Origin: Bugula neritina
Taxonomy: Eukaryota; Animalia; Bryozoa
Assembly (NCBI GenBank): GCA_964035545.1
Contig: OZ037766.1
Location: 18,749,081 to 18,813,080, forward strand
DNA: 64,000 bases
Direction: 5' to 3'
In this document: one piece after another, positions 52,866 to 64,000 of the stretch
Position numbering within the stretch: position 1 is the stretch's first letter
How the letters are laid out: every line of letters starts with the position of its first letter
Program-made: the position numbers and the translations under genes
Notes under the pieces: model-generated
Told to the model about the DNA's origin: nothing
What the model saw: only the letters and a program-made list of their open reading frames with translations
Databases searched by the model: none

Positions 52866-55800
52866 ATTTCAGTATGTTGTCGTATGTTTCAGTGTTTTAC
52901 AGGACATTTCTGTATATTACAGTATACTTCAGTGTGTTGCAGTGTATTTGAGTATGCTGCGATATGTTTAAATGTGTTACAGTATATTTCAGTAGTTTAC
53001 CATATATTTCGGTATGTTGCAGTATATTTCAATGTGTTGCACTGCATTTCAATATGTTACAGTATATTTTATTTTGTTGCAGTATGTTGCAGTATATTTC
53101 AGTAGTTTGCAACATATCTCAGTAGGTTACCATATATTTCGGTATGATGCAGCATATTTCAGTATGTTACAGTGTATTTCAGTATGTTGCGGTATCTTGC
53201 AGTATATTTCAGTATGCTGCAGTCTGTTTCAGTATATTACAGTATATTCCAGGACTCTGCAGTAGGTTTCAGGGTGTTACAGTATATTTCATTATGTTGC
53301 AGTATGTTGCAGTATATTTCAGTAGTTTGCAACATATTTCTGTAGGTTACCATATATTTCGGTATGTTGCAGCATATTTCAATCTGTTGCAGTGTTTTCA
53401 GTATGTTGCAGTGTATTTCAGTGGGTTATAGTATTTTTCAGTATGATACAGCGTAGTTCAGTATGTTGCAAAGGTTTTCAATATGTTGCAGTATATTTAA
53501 GTATGTTGCAGTATGTTTCAGTGGGTTACAGTATATTTCATTATGTTGCAGTATGTTGCAGTATATTTCAGTAGTTTGCAACATATTTCAGTAGGTTACC
53601 ATATATTACGGTATGTTGCAGTATATTTCAATGTGTTGCAGCGTATTTCAATATGTTACAGTGTATTTCAGTATGTTGCAGTATGTTGCAGTGTATTTCA
53701 GTATGTTATGGTGCATTTCAGTATGTTGCAGTATCTTGCAGTATATTTCAGAATGTTGCAGTATATTTCAGTATGTTGCAGTATGTTGTAGTACTTTACA
53801 GTTCATTTCTGTATATTACAGTATACATCAGTATGTTGCAGTGTCCTTCAGTATGTTGCGGTGTTTTTCATTGTGTTACAGTATATTTCAGTAGTTTACC
53901 ATACGTTTTGGTATGTTGCAGTATATTTCAATGTGATGCACTGTATTTCAATATGTTACTGTGTACTTCAGTATGTTGTAGTATGTTGCAGTGTATTTCA
54001 GTATGTTGCAGTGTATTTCAGTGTGTTACAGTATATTTCAGTATGTTACAGTACATTTCTTTATATTACACTATATTTCAGTGAGTTGCAGTGTAGTTCA
54101 GTGTGCTACAGCATATTTCAGTATGTTGCAGTGTTTTTCAATTTGTTACAGTATATTTCAGTATACTACCATATATTTAAGTATGTTAAAGTTTATTCCA
54201 ATGTGTTGTCGTGTATTTCAGTATGTTACAGTGTATTTCAGTATGTTGCAGTATTTTGCAATATATTTCAAATGTTACAGTGTATTTCAGTATGTTGCAG
54301 TATATTTCAGTATGATACAATAAGTTTCGGTATGTTGAAGTATATTTCAGTGGGTTACAGCATATTTCAGTATGATACAGTGCATTTCGGTTCGTTACAG
54401 TATATTTCAGTATGATACAGCGTATTTCAGTATGTTTCAGTGTATTTCAGTATTCTTCAATATTTTTAAGTATATTTCAGTATGTTGAAGTATATTTTAG
54501 TATGTTGCAGTGTAATTCAGTATGTTGCATTATATTTCAGTATGTTGTCATATGTTTCGGTATTTTACAGGACATTTCTGTATATTACAGTATACGTCAG
54601 TGTGTTGCAGTGTATTTCAGTATGCTGCGATATGTTTAAATGTGTTACAGTATATTTCAAAAGTTTACCATATATTTCGGTATGTTGCAGTATATTTCAA
54701 TGTGTTGCACTGCATTTCAATATGTCACAGTATCCTTCATTTTGTTGCAGTATGTTGCAGTATATTTCAGTAGTTTGCAACATATCTCAGTAGGTTACCA
54801 TATATTTTGGTATGATGCAGCATATTTCAGTATGTTACAGTGTATTTCAGTATGTTGCGGTGTGTTTCAATGTGTTACAGTATATTTCAGTAGTTTACCA
54901 TATAATTCGGTATGTTGCAGTATATTTCAATGTGGTGCACTATATTTCAATATGTTACTGTGTATTTCAGTATGTTGTAGTATGTTGCAATGTATTTCAA
55001 TATGTTGCAGTGCATTTCAGTATGTTGCAGTATGTTCTAGTATATTTCAGTATGTTGCAGTATATTTCAGTATGTTGCAGTATATTATTTCAGTGGGTTA
55101 CAGTATATTCCAGTATGTTGCAGTATATTGCAGTATAATTCAGTAGTTTGCAACATATTTCTGTAGGTTACCATATATTTCGGTATGTTGCAGTATATTT
55201 CAATGTGCTGCAGTGTATTTCAATATGTTACAGTGTATTTCGGTATGTTGCAGTATGTTCTAGTATATTTCCGTATGTTACAGTGTATTTCAGTATGTTG
55301 CAGTGTATTTCAGTGTGTTACAGTATATTTCAGTATGTTACAGCACATTTCTTTGTATTACACTATATTTCAGTGAGTTGCAGTGTAGTTCAGTGTGCTA
55401 CAGCATATCTGAGTATGTTGCAGTGTTTTTCAATTTGTTACAGTATATTTCAGTATATTACCGTATATTTAAGTATGTCAAAGTTTATTCCGATGTGTTG
55501 CAGTGTATTTCAGTATGTTTCAGTGTATTTCTGTATGTTGCAGTGTTTTGCAATATATTTCAAATGTTACAGTGTGTTTCAGTGTGTTGCAGTGTATTTC
55601 AGTATGATACAATAAGTTTCAGTATGTTGAAGTATATTTCAGTGGGTTACAGTATATTTCAGTATGATACAGTGCATTTCGGTGCGTTACAGTATATTTC
55701 AGTATGATACAGCGTATTTCAGTATGTTTCAGTGTATTTCAGTATACTTCAATATTTTTAGGTATATTTCAGTATGTTGAAGTATATTTTAGTATGTTGC

Positions 55801-58800
55801 AGTGTCATTCAATATGTTACAGTGTATTTCAGTATGTTGCAGTATGTTGCAGTGTATTTCAGTATGTTATGGTGTATTTCAGTATGTTTCAAAATTTTTA
55901 GGTATACTTCAGTATGTTGAATTATATTTTAGTATGTTGCAGTGTAATTCAGTATGTTGCAGTATATTTCAGTATGTTGTCATATGTTTCGGTATTTTAC
56001 AGGACATTTCTGTATATTACAGTATACGTCAGTGTGTTGCAGTGTATTTCAGTATGCTGCGATATGTTTAAATGTGTTACAGTATATTTCAAAAGTTTAC
56101 CATATATTTCGGTATGTTGCAGTATATTTCAATGTGTTGCACTGCATTTCAATATGTCACAGTATCCTTCATTTTGTTGCAGTATGTTGCAGTATATTTC
56201 AGTAGTTTGCAACATATCTCAGTAGGTTACCATATATTTTGGTATGATGCAGCATATTTCAGTATGTTACAGTGTATTTCAGTATGTTGCGGTGTGTTTC
56301 AATGTGTTACAGTATATTTCAGTAGTTACCATATATTTCGGTATGTTGCAGTATATTTCAATGTGGTGCACTGTATTTCAGTATGTCACTGTGTATTTCA
56401 GTATGTTGTAGTATGTTGTAATGTATTTCAGTATGTTGCAGTGTATTTCAGTATGTTGCAGTATGTTGCAGTGTATTTCAGTATGTTACAGTGTATTTCA
56501 GTATGTTGCAGTATTTTGCAGTATATTTCAGTATGCTGCATTATATTTCAGTATGTTGCAGTATATTTCAGTATGTTGCAGTATGTTTTAGTACTTTACA
56601 GTTCATTTCTGTATATTACAGTATACATCAGTATGTTGCAGTGTCCTTCAGTATGTTGCGATGTGTTTCAATGTGTTACAGTATATTTCAGTAGTTACCA
56701 TATATTTCGGTATGTTGCAGTATATTTCAATGTGGTGCACTGTATTTCAATATGTTACTGTGTACTTCAGTATGTTGTAGTATGTTGCAGTGTATTTCAG
56801 TATGTTGCAGTGTATTTCAGTATGTTGCAGTATGTTCTAGTATATTTCAGTATGTTACAGTGTATTTCAGTATGTTGCAGTGTATTTTAGTGTGTTACAG
56901 TATATTTCAGTATGTTACAGTATATTTCTTTATATTACACTATATTTCAGTGAGTTGCAGTGTAGTTCAGTGTGCTACAGCATATTTCAGTATGTTGCAG
57001 TGTTTTTCAATTTGTTACAGTACATTTCAGTATATTACCGTAAATTTAAGTATGTTAAAGTTTATTCCAATGTGTTGCAGTGTATTTCAGTATGATACAG
57101 TGTATTTCAGTATGTTGCAGTATTTTGCAATATATTTCAAATGTTACAGTGTATTTCGGTATGTTACAGTATATTTCAGTATGATACAGCGTATTTCAGT
57201 ATGTTTCAGTGTATTTCAGTATGCTTCAATATTTTTAAGTATATTTCAGTATGTTGAAGTATATTTCAGTGGGTTACAGTATATTTCAGTATGATACAGC
57301 GCGTTTCGGTGCGTTACAGTATATTTCAGTATGATACAGCGTATTTCAGTATGTTTCAGCGTATTTCAGTATGCTTCAATATTTTTAAGTATATTTCAGT
57401 ATGTTGAAGTATATTTTAGTATGTTGCAGTGTAATTCAGTATGTTGCAGTATATTTCAGTATGTTGTCGTATGTTTCAGTGTTTTACAGGACATTTCTGT
57501 ATATTACAGTATACTTCAGTGTGTTGCAGTGTATTTGAGTATGCTGCGATATGTTTAAATGTGTTACAGTATATTTCAGTAGTTTACCATATATTTCGGT
57601 ATGTTGCAGTATATTTCAATGTGTTGCACTGCATTTCAATATGTTACAGTATATTTCATTTTGTTGCAGTATGTTGCAGTATATTTTAGTAGTTTGCAAC
57701 ATATCTCAGTAGGTTACCATATATTTTGGTATGATGCAGCATATTTCAGTATGTTACAGTGTATTTCAGTATGTTGCGGTATCTTGCAGTATGTTTGAGT
57801 ATGTAGCAGTATATTTCAGTATGCTGCAGTCCGTTTCAGTATATTACAGTATATTCCAGTATTCTGCAGTATGTTTCAGGGTGTTACAGTATATTTCATT
57901 ATGTTGCAGTATGTTGCAGTATATTTCAGTAGTTTGCAACATATTTTTGTAGGTTACCATATATTTCGGTATGTTGCAGCATATTTCAATCTGTTGCAGT
58001 GTTTTCAGTATGTTGCAGTATATTTCAGTGGGTTATAGTATATTTCAGTATGATACAGTGTAGTTCGGTATGTTGCAAAGGTTTTCAATATGTTGCAGTA
58101 TATTTAAGTATGTTGCAGTATGTTTCAGTGGGTTACAGTATATTTCATTATGTTGCAGTATGTTGCAGTATATTTCAGTAGTTTGCAACATATTTCAGTA
58201 GGTTACCATATATTACGGTATGTTGCAGTATATTTCAATGTGTTGCAGCGTATTTCAATATGTTACAGTGTATTTCAGTATGTTGCAGTATGTTGCAGTG
58301 TATTTCAGTATGTTATGGTGCATTTCAGTATGTTTCATAATTTTTAGGTATATTTCAGTATGTTGAAGTATATTTTAGTATGTTGCAGTGTAATTCACTA
58401 TGTTGTCGTATGTTTTAGTATTTTACAGTAAATTTCTGTATATTGCAGTATACATCAGTGTGTTACAGTGTACTTCAGTATGTTGCGGTGTGTTTCAATG
58501 TGTTACAGTATATTTCAGTAGTTTACCATATATTTCGGTATGTTGCAGTATATTTCAATGTGGTGCACTGTATTTCAATATGTTACTGTGTATTTGAGTA
58601 TGTTGTAGTATGTTGCATTGTATTTCAGTATGTTGCAGTGTATTTCAGTATGTTGCAGTATGTTGCAGTGTATTTCAGTATGTTACAGTGTATTTCAGTA
58701 AGTTGCAGTATCTTGCAGTATATTTCAGAATGTTGCAGTATATTTCAGTATGTTGCAGTATGTTGTAGTACTTTACAGTTCATTTCTGTATATTACAGTA

Positions 58801-61800
58801 TACATCAGTATGTTGCAGTGTCCTTCAGTATGTTGCGGTGTTTTTCATTGTGTTACAGTATATTTCAGTAGTTTACCATACATTTCGGTATGTTGCAGTA
58901 TATTTCAATGTGGTGCACTGTATTTCAATATGTTACTGTGTACTTCAGTATGTTGTAGTATGTTGCAGTGTATTTCAGTATGTTGCAGTGTATTTCAGTA
59001 TGTTGCAGTATGTTCTAGTATATTTCAGTATGTTACAGTGTATTTCAGTATGTTGCAGTGTATTTCAGTGTGTTACAGTATATTTCAGTATGTTACAGTA
59101 CATTTCTTTATATTACACTATATTTCAGTGAGTTGCAGTGTAGTTCAGTGTGCTACAGCATATTTCAGTATGTTGCAGTGTTTTTCAATTTGTTACACTA
59201 TATTTCAGTATACTACCATATATTTAAGTATGTTAAAGTTTATTCCAATGTGTTGTCGTGTATTTCAGTATGTTACAGTGTATTTCAGTATGTTGCAGTA
59301 TTTTGCAATATATTTCAAATGTTACAGTGTATTTCAGTATGTTGCAGTATATTTCAGTATGATACAATAAGTTTCGGTATGTTGGAGTATATTTCAGTGG
59401 GTTACAGCATATTTCAGTATGATACAGTGCATTTCGGTTCGTTACAGTATATTTCAGTATGATACAGCGTATTTCAGTATGTTTCAGTGTATTTCAGTAT
59501 TCTTCAATATTTTTAAGTATATTTCAGTATGTTGAAGTATATTTTAGTATGTTGCAGTGTAATTCAGTATGTTGCATTATATTTCAGTATGTTGTCATAT
59601 GTTTCGGTATTTTACAGGACATTTCTGTATATTACAGTATACTTCAGTGTGTTGCAGTGTATTTGAGTATGCTGCGATATGTTTAAATGTGTTACAGTAT
59701 ATTTCAGTAGTTTACCATATATTTCGGTATGTTGCAGTATATTTCAATGTGTTGCACTGCATTTCAATATGTTACAGTATATTTCATTTTGTTGCAGTAT
59801 GTTGCAGTATATTTCAGTAGTTTGCAACATATCTCAGTAGGTTACCATATATTTCGGTATGTTGCAGTATATTTCAATGTGCTGCAGTGTATTTCAATAT
59901 GTTACAGTGTATTTCGGTATGTTGCAGTATGTTCTAGTATATTTCCGTATGTTACAGTGTATTTCAGTATGTTGCAGTGTATTTCAGTGTGTTACAGTAT
60001 ATTTCAGTATGTTACAGCACATTTCTTTGTATTACACTATATTTCAGTGAGTTGCAGTGTAGTTCAGTGTGCTACAGCATATCTGAGTATGTTGCAGTGT
60101 TTTTCAATTTGTTACAGTATACTTCAGTATATTACCGTATATTTAAGTATGTCAAAGTTTATTCCGATGTGTTGCAGTGTATTTCAGTATGTTTCAGTGT
60201 ATTTCTGTATGTTGCAGTGTTTTGCAATATATTTCAAATGTTACAGTGTATTTCAGTGTGTTGCAGTATATTTCAGCATGATACAATAAGTTTCAGTATG
60301 TTGAAGTATATTTCATTGGGTTACAGTATATTTCAGTATGATACAGTGCATTTCGGTGAGTTACAGTATATTTCAGTATGATACAGCGTATTTCAGTATG
60401 TTTCAGTGTATTTCAGTATACTTCAATATTTTTAGGTATATTTCAGTATGTTGAAGTATATTTTAGTATATTGCAGTGTCATTCAATATGTTACAGTGTA
60501 TTTCAGTATGTTGCAGTATGTTGCAGTGTATTTCAGTATGTTATGGTGTATTTCAGTATGTTTCAAAATTTTTAGGTATACTTCAGTATGTTGAATTATA
60601 TTTTAGTATGTTGCAGTGTAATTCAGTATGTTGCAGTATGTTGCAGTGTATTTCAGTATGTTGCAGTGTATTTCAGTATGTTGCAGTATGTTGCAGTGTA
60701 TTTCAGTATGTTACAGTGTATTTCAGTATGTTGCAGTATTTTGCAGTATATTTCAGTATGCTGCATTATATTTCAGTATGTTGCAGTATATTTCAGTATG
60801 TTGCAGTATGTTTTAGTACTTTACAGTTCATTTCTGTATATTACAGTATACATCAGTATGTTGCAGTGTCCTTCAGTATGTTGCGATGTGTTTCAATGTG
60901 TTACAGTATATTTCAGTAGTTACCATATATTTCGGTATGTTGCAGTATACTTCAATGTGGTGCACTGTATTTCAATATGTTACTGTGTACTTCAGTATGT
61001 TGTAGTATGTTGCAGTGTATTTCAGTATGTTGCAGTGTATTTCAGTATGTTGCAGTATGTTCTAGTATATTTCAGTATGTTACAGTGTATTTCAGTATGT
61101 TGCAGTGTATTTCAGTGTGTTACAGTATATTTCAGTATGTTACAGTATATTTCTTTATATTACACTATATTTCAGTGAGTTGCAGTGTAGTTCAGTGTGC
61201 TACAGCATATTTCAGTATGTTGCAGTGTTTTTCAATTTGTTACAGTACATTTCAGTATATTACCGTAAATTTAAGTATGTTAAAGTTTATTCCGATGTGT
61301 TGCAGTGTATTTCAGTATGATACAGTGTATTTCAGTATGTTGCAGTGTTTTGCAATATATTTCAAATGTTACAGTGTATTTCAGTGTGTTGCAGTATATT
61401 TCAGTATGATACAATAAGTTCCAGTATGTTGAAGTATATTTCAGTGGGTTACAGTATATTTCAGTATGATACAGTGCATTTCGGTGCGTTACAGTATATT
61501 TCAGTATGATACAGCGTATTTCAGTATGTTTCAGTGTATTTAGGTATACTTCAATATTTTTAGGTATATTTCAGTATGTTGAAGTATATTTTAGTATGTT
61601 GCAGTGTCATTCAATATGTTACAGTGTATTTCAGTATGTTGCAGTATGTTGCAGTGTATTTCAGTATGTTATGGTGTATTTCAGTATGTTTCAAAATTTT
61701 TAGGTATACTTCAGTATGTTGAATTATATTTTAGTATGTTGCAGTGTAATTCAGTATGTTGCAGTATATTTCAGTGTGTTGTCGTATGTTTTTGTATTTT

Positions 61801-64000
61801 ACAGTACATTTCTGTATATTATAGTATACATCAGTGTGTTGCAGTGTACTTCAGTACGTTGCGGTGTGTTTCAATGTGTTACAGTATATTTCAGTAGTTT
61901 ACCATATATTTCGGTATGTTGCAGTATATTTCAATGTGGTGCACTGTATTTCAGTATGTCACTGTGTATTTCAGTATGTTGTAGTATGTTGTAATGTATT
62001 TCAGTATGTTGCAGTGTATTTCAGTATGTTGCAGTATGTTGCAGTGTATTTCAGTATGTTACAGTGTATTTCAGTATGTTGCAGTATTTTGCAGTATATT
62101 TCAGTATGCTGCATTATATTTCAGTATGTTGCAGTATATTTCAGTATGTTGCAGTATGTTTTAGTACTTTACAGTTCATTTCTGTATATTACAGTATACA
62201 TCAGTATGTTGCAGTGTCCTTCAGTATGTTGCGATGTGTTTCAATGTTTTACAGTATATTTCAGTAGTTACCATATATTTCGGTATGTTGCAGTATATTT
62301 CAATGTGGTGCACTGTATTTCAATATGTTACTGTGTACTTCAGTATGTTGTAGTATGTTGCAGTGTATTTCAGTATGTTGCAGTGTATTTCAGTATGTTG
62401 CAGTATGTTCTAGTATATTTCAGTATGTTACAGTGTATTTCAGTATGTTGCAGTGTATTTCAGTGTGTTACAGTATATTTCAGTATGTTACAGTATATTT
62501 CTTTATATTACACTATATTTCAGTGAGTTGCAGTGTAGTTCAGTGTGCTACAGCATATTTCAGTATGTTGCAGTGTTTTTCAATTTGTTACAGTACATTT
62601 CAGTATATTACCGTAAATTTAAGTATGTTAAAGTTTATTCCGATGTGTTGCAGTGTATTTCAGTATGATACAGTGTATTTCAGTATGTTGCAGTGTTTTG
62701 CAATATATTTCAAATGTTACAGTGTATTTCAGTGTGTTGCAGTGGATTTCAGTATGATACAATAAGTTCCAGTATGTTGAAGTATATTTCAGTGGGTTAC
62801 AGTATATTTCAGTATGATACAGTGCATTTCGGTGCGTTACAGTATATTTCAGTATGATACAGCGTATTTCAGTATGTTTCAGTGTATTTAGGTATACTTC
62901 AATATTTTTAGGTATATTTCAGTATGTTGAAGTATATTTTAGTATGTTGCAGTGTCATTCAATATGTTACAGTGTATTTCAGTATGTTGCAGTATGTTGC
63001 AGTGTATTTCAGTATGTTATGGTGTATTTCAGTATGTTTCAAAATTTTTAGGTATACTCCAGTATGTTGAATTATATTTTAGTATGTTGCAGTGTAATTC
63101 AGTATGTTGCAGTATATTTCAGTGTGTTGTCGTATGTTTTAGTATTTTACAGTACATTTCTGTATATTATAGTATACATCAGTGTGTTGCAGTGTACTTC
63201 AGTACGTTGCGGTGTGTTTCAATGTGTTACAGTATATTTCAGTAGTTTACCATATATTTCGGTATGTTGCAGTATATTTCAATGTGGTGCACTGTATTTC
63301 AGTATGTCACTGTGTATTTCAATATGTTGTAGTATGTTGTAATGTATTTCAGTATGTTGCAGTGTATTTCAGTATGTTGCAGTATGTTGCAGTGTATTTC
63401 AGTATGTTACAGTGTATTTCAGTATGTTGCAGTATTTTGCAGTATATTTCAGTATGCTGCATTATATTTCAGTATGCTGCAGTATATTTCAGTATGTTGC
63501 AGTATGTTTTAGTACTTTACAGTTCATTTCTGTATATTACAGTATACATCAGTATGTTGCAGTGTCCTTCAGTATGTTGCGATGTGTTTCAATGTGTTAC
63601 AGTATATTTCAGTAGTTACCATATATTTCGGTATGTTGCAGTATATTTCAATGTGGTGCACTGTATTTCAATATGTTACTGTGTACTTCAGTATGTTGTA
63701 GTATGTTGCAGTGTATTTCAGCATGTTGCTGTGTATTTCAGTATGTTTCAGTGTATTTCTGTATGTTGCAGTGTTTTGCAATATATTTCAAATGTTACAG
63801 TGTATTTCAGTGTGTTGCAGTATATTTCAGTATGATACAATAAGTTTCAGTATGTTGAAGTATATTTCAGTGGGTTACAGTATATTTCAGTATGATACAG
63901 TGCATTTCGGTGCGTTACAGTATATTTCAGTATGATACAGCGTATTTCAGTATGTTTCAGTGTATATCAGTATACTTCAATATTTTTAGGTATATTTCAG
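52866..64000 (+). repeat. Same 10/20-bp satellite; continues beyond the right edge of the window
   Basis: Same units and same recurrent modules as upstream. Confidence 0.99.
60647..63721 (+). repeat. Higher-order repeat, period 1348 bp (135 units, net -2; ~2.3 copies)
   Basis: ORF offsets 60977/62325, 61506/62854, 62064/63412. Confidence 0.9.

Larger units (their letters stand above)
49324..54448 (+). repeat. Duplication at offset 2635 bp carrying the MITE (49324-51813 = 51959-54448)
   Basis: ORF offsets 49588/52223, 50117/52752, 51356/53991. The offset 2635 equals 758 (element + TSD) plus 188 units minus 3. Confidence 0.93.

Noticed and set aside
54485-56326. Apparent 1432-bp higher-order repeat (ORF offsets 54482/55914)
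   Set aside because: Only about 400 bp match at this offset. It is a dispersed partial copy, not a full tandem period.
6-63935. Hundreds of overlapping + strand ORFs (60-298 aa) rich in C/Y/V/F/S/Q, e.g. QYVAVYFSMLQYISVCCSIF repeats
   Set aside because: The consensus 20-mer has no stop codon in any + frame, while the - strand has TGA (CTGAAA) in each dimer. This explains both the ORF density and the strand bias. All three frames give the same cyclic peptide, indels of -1/+1/+5 are tolerated, and no domain is recognisable, so these are not genes.
1-64000. CRISPR-like or information-storing array (conserved repeat plus variable parts)
   Set aside because: There are no unique spacers, no leader and no cas or other genes. 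The variation consists of point changes inherited through block duplications.
1-64000. Telomeric repeat array (G/T-rich strand bias)
   Set aside because: No G-run telomere motif, high unit heterogeneity and kb-scale higher-order structure. These fit satellite DNA rather than telomerase product, though a subtelomeric location is not excluded.
1-64000. Numerous splice-acceptor-like TTTCAG and TATA-like TATAT motifs
   Set aside because: They are intrinsic parts of the repeat unit occurring thousands of times, with no exon or promoter context.

Overview
This window is almost entirely (~97.6%) one AT-rich satellite-DNA array with no recognisable genes. The basic unit is 10 bp, in two main variants: A = CAGTATGTTG and B = CAGTATATTT (often CAGTGTATTT). 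These mostly alternate as a 20-bp dimer and all lie in one orientation. Diverged units form recurrent 30-200 bp modules, which are shuffled and re-amplified as local multi-kb tandem duplications with different periods (3382 bp x3, 1597 x2, 4287 x~2.4, 2562 x2, 2000, 3029 x2, 2635 x2, 1348 x~2.3). The only non-satellite DNA is two apparently identical copies of a 756-bp non-autonomous TIR DNA transposon (49475-50230 and 52110-52865), with 19-bp perfect CACAG...CTGTG terminal inverted repeats and a 2-bp AT target-site duplication. It inserted once and was copied with its satellite flanks. The hundreds of + strand ORFs are artefacts of a consensus that has no stop codon on that strand. The most notable observations are: (i) the + strand repeat pairs with itself almost completely once G.T/G.U wobbles are allowed; (ii) a single fold-back micro-inversion produces a perfect 28-bp palindrome whose uninverted ancestor is also in the window; (iii) a history of nested duplications with homology at the junctions can be read directly; and (iv) the MITE has an internal repeat architecture and an empty-site paralogue. 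I found no support for a novel protein-coding or CRISPR-like system. The sequence looks like eukaryotic heterochromatin, possibly (peri)centromeric, but the organism cannot be identified from it. All comparisons were made by eye or from ORF-track offsets, so block boundaries are approximate.
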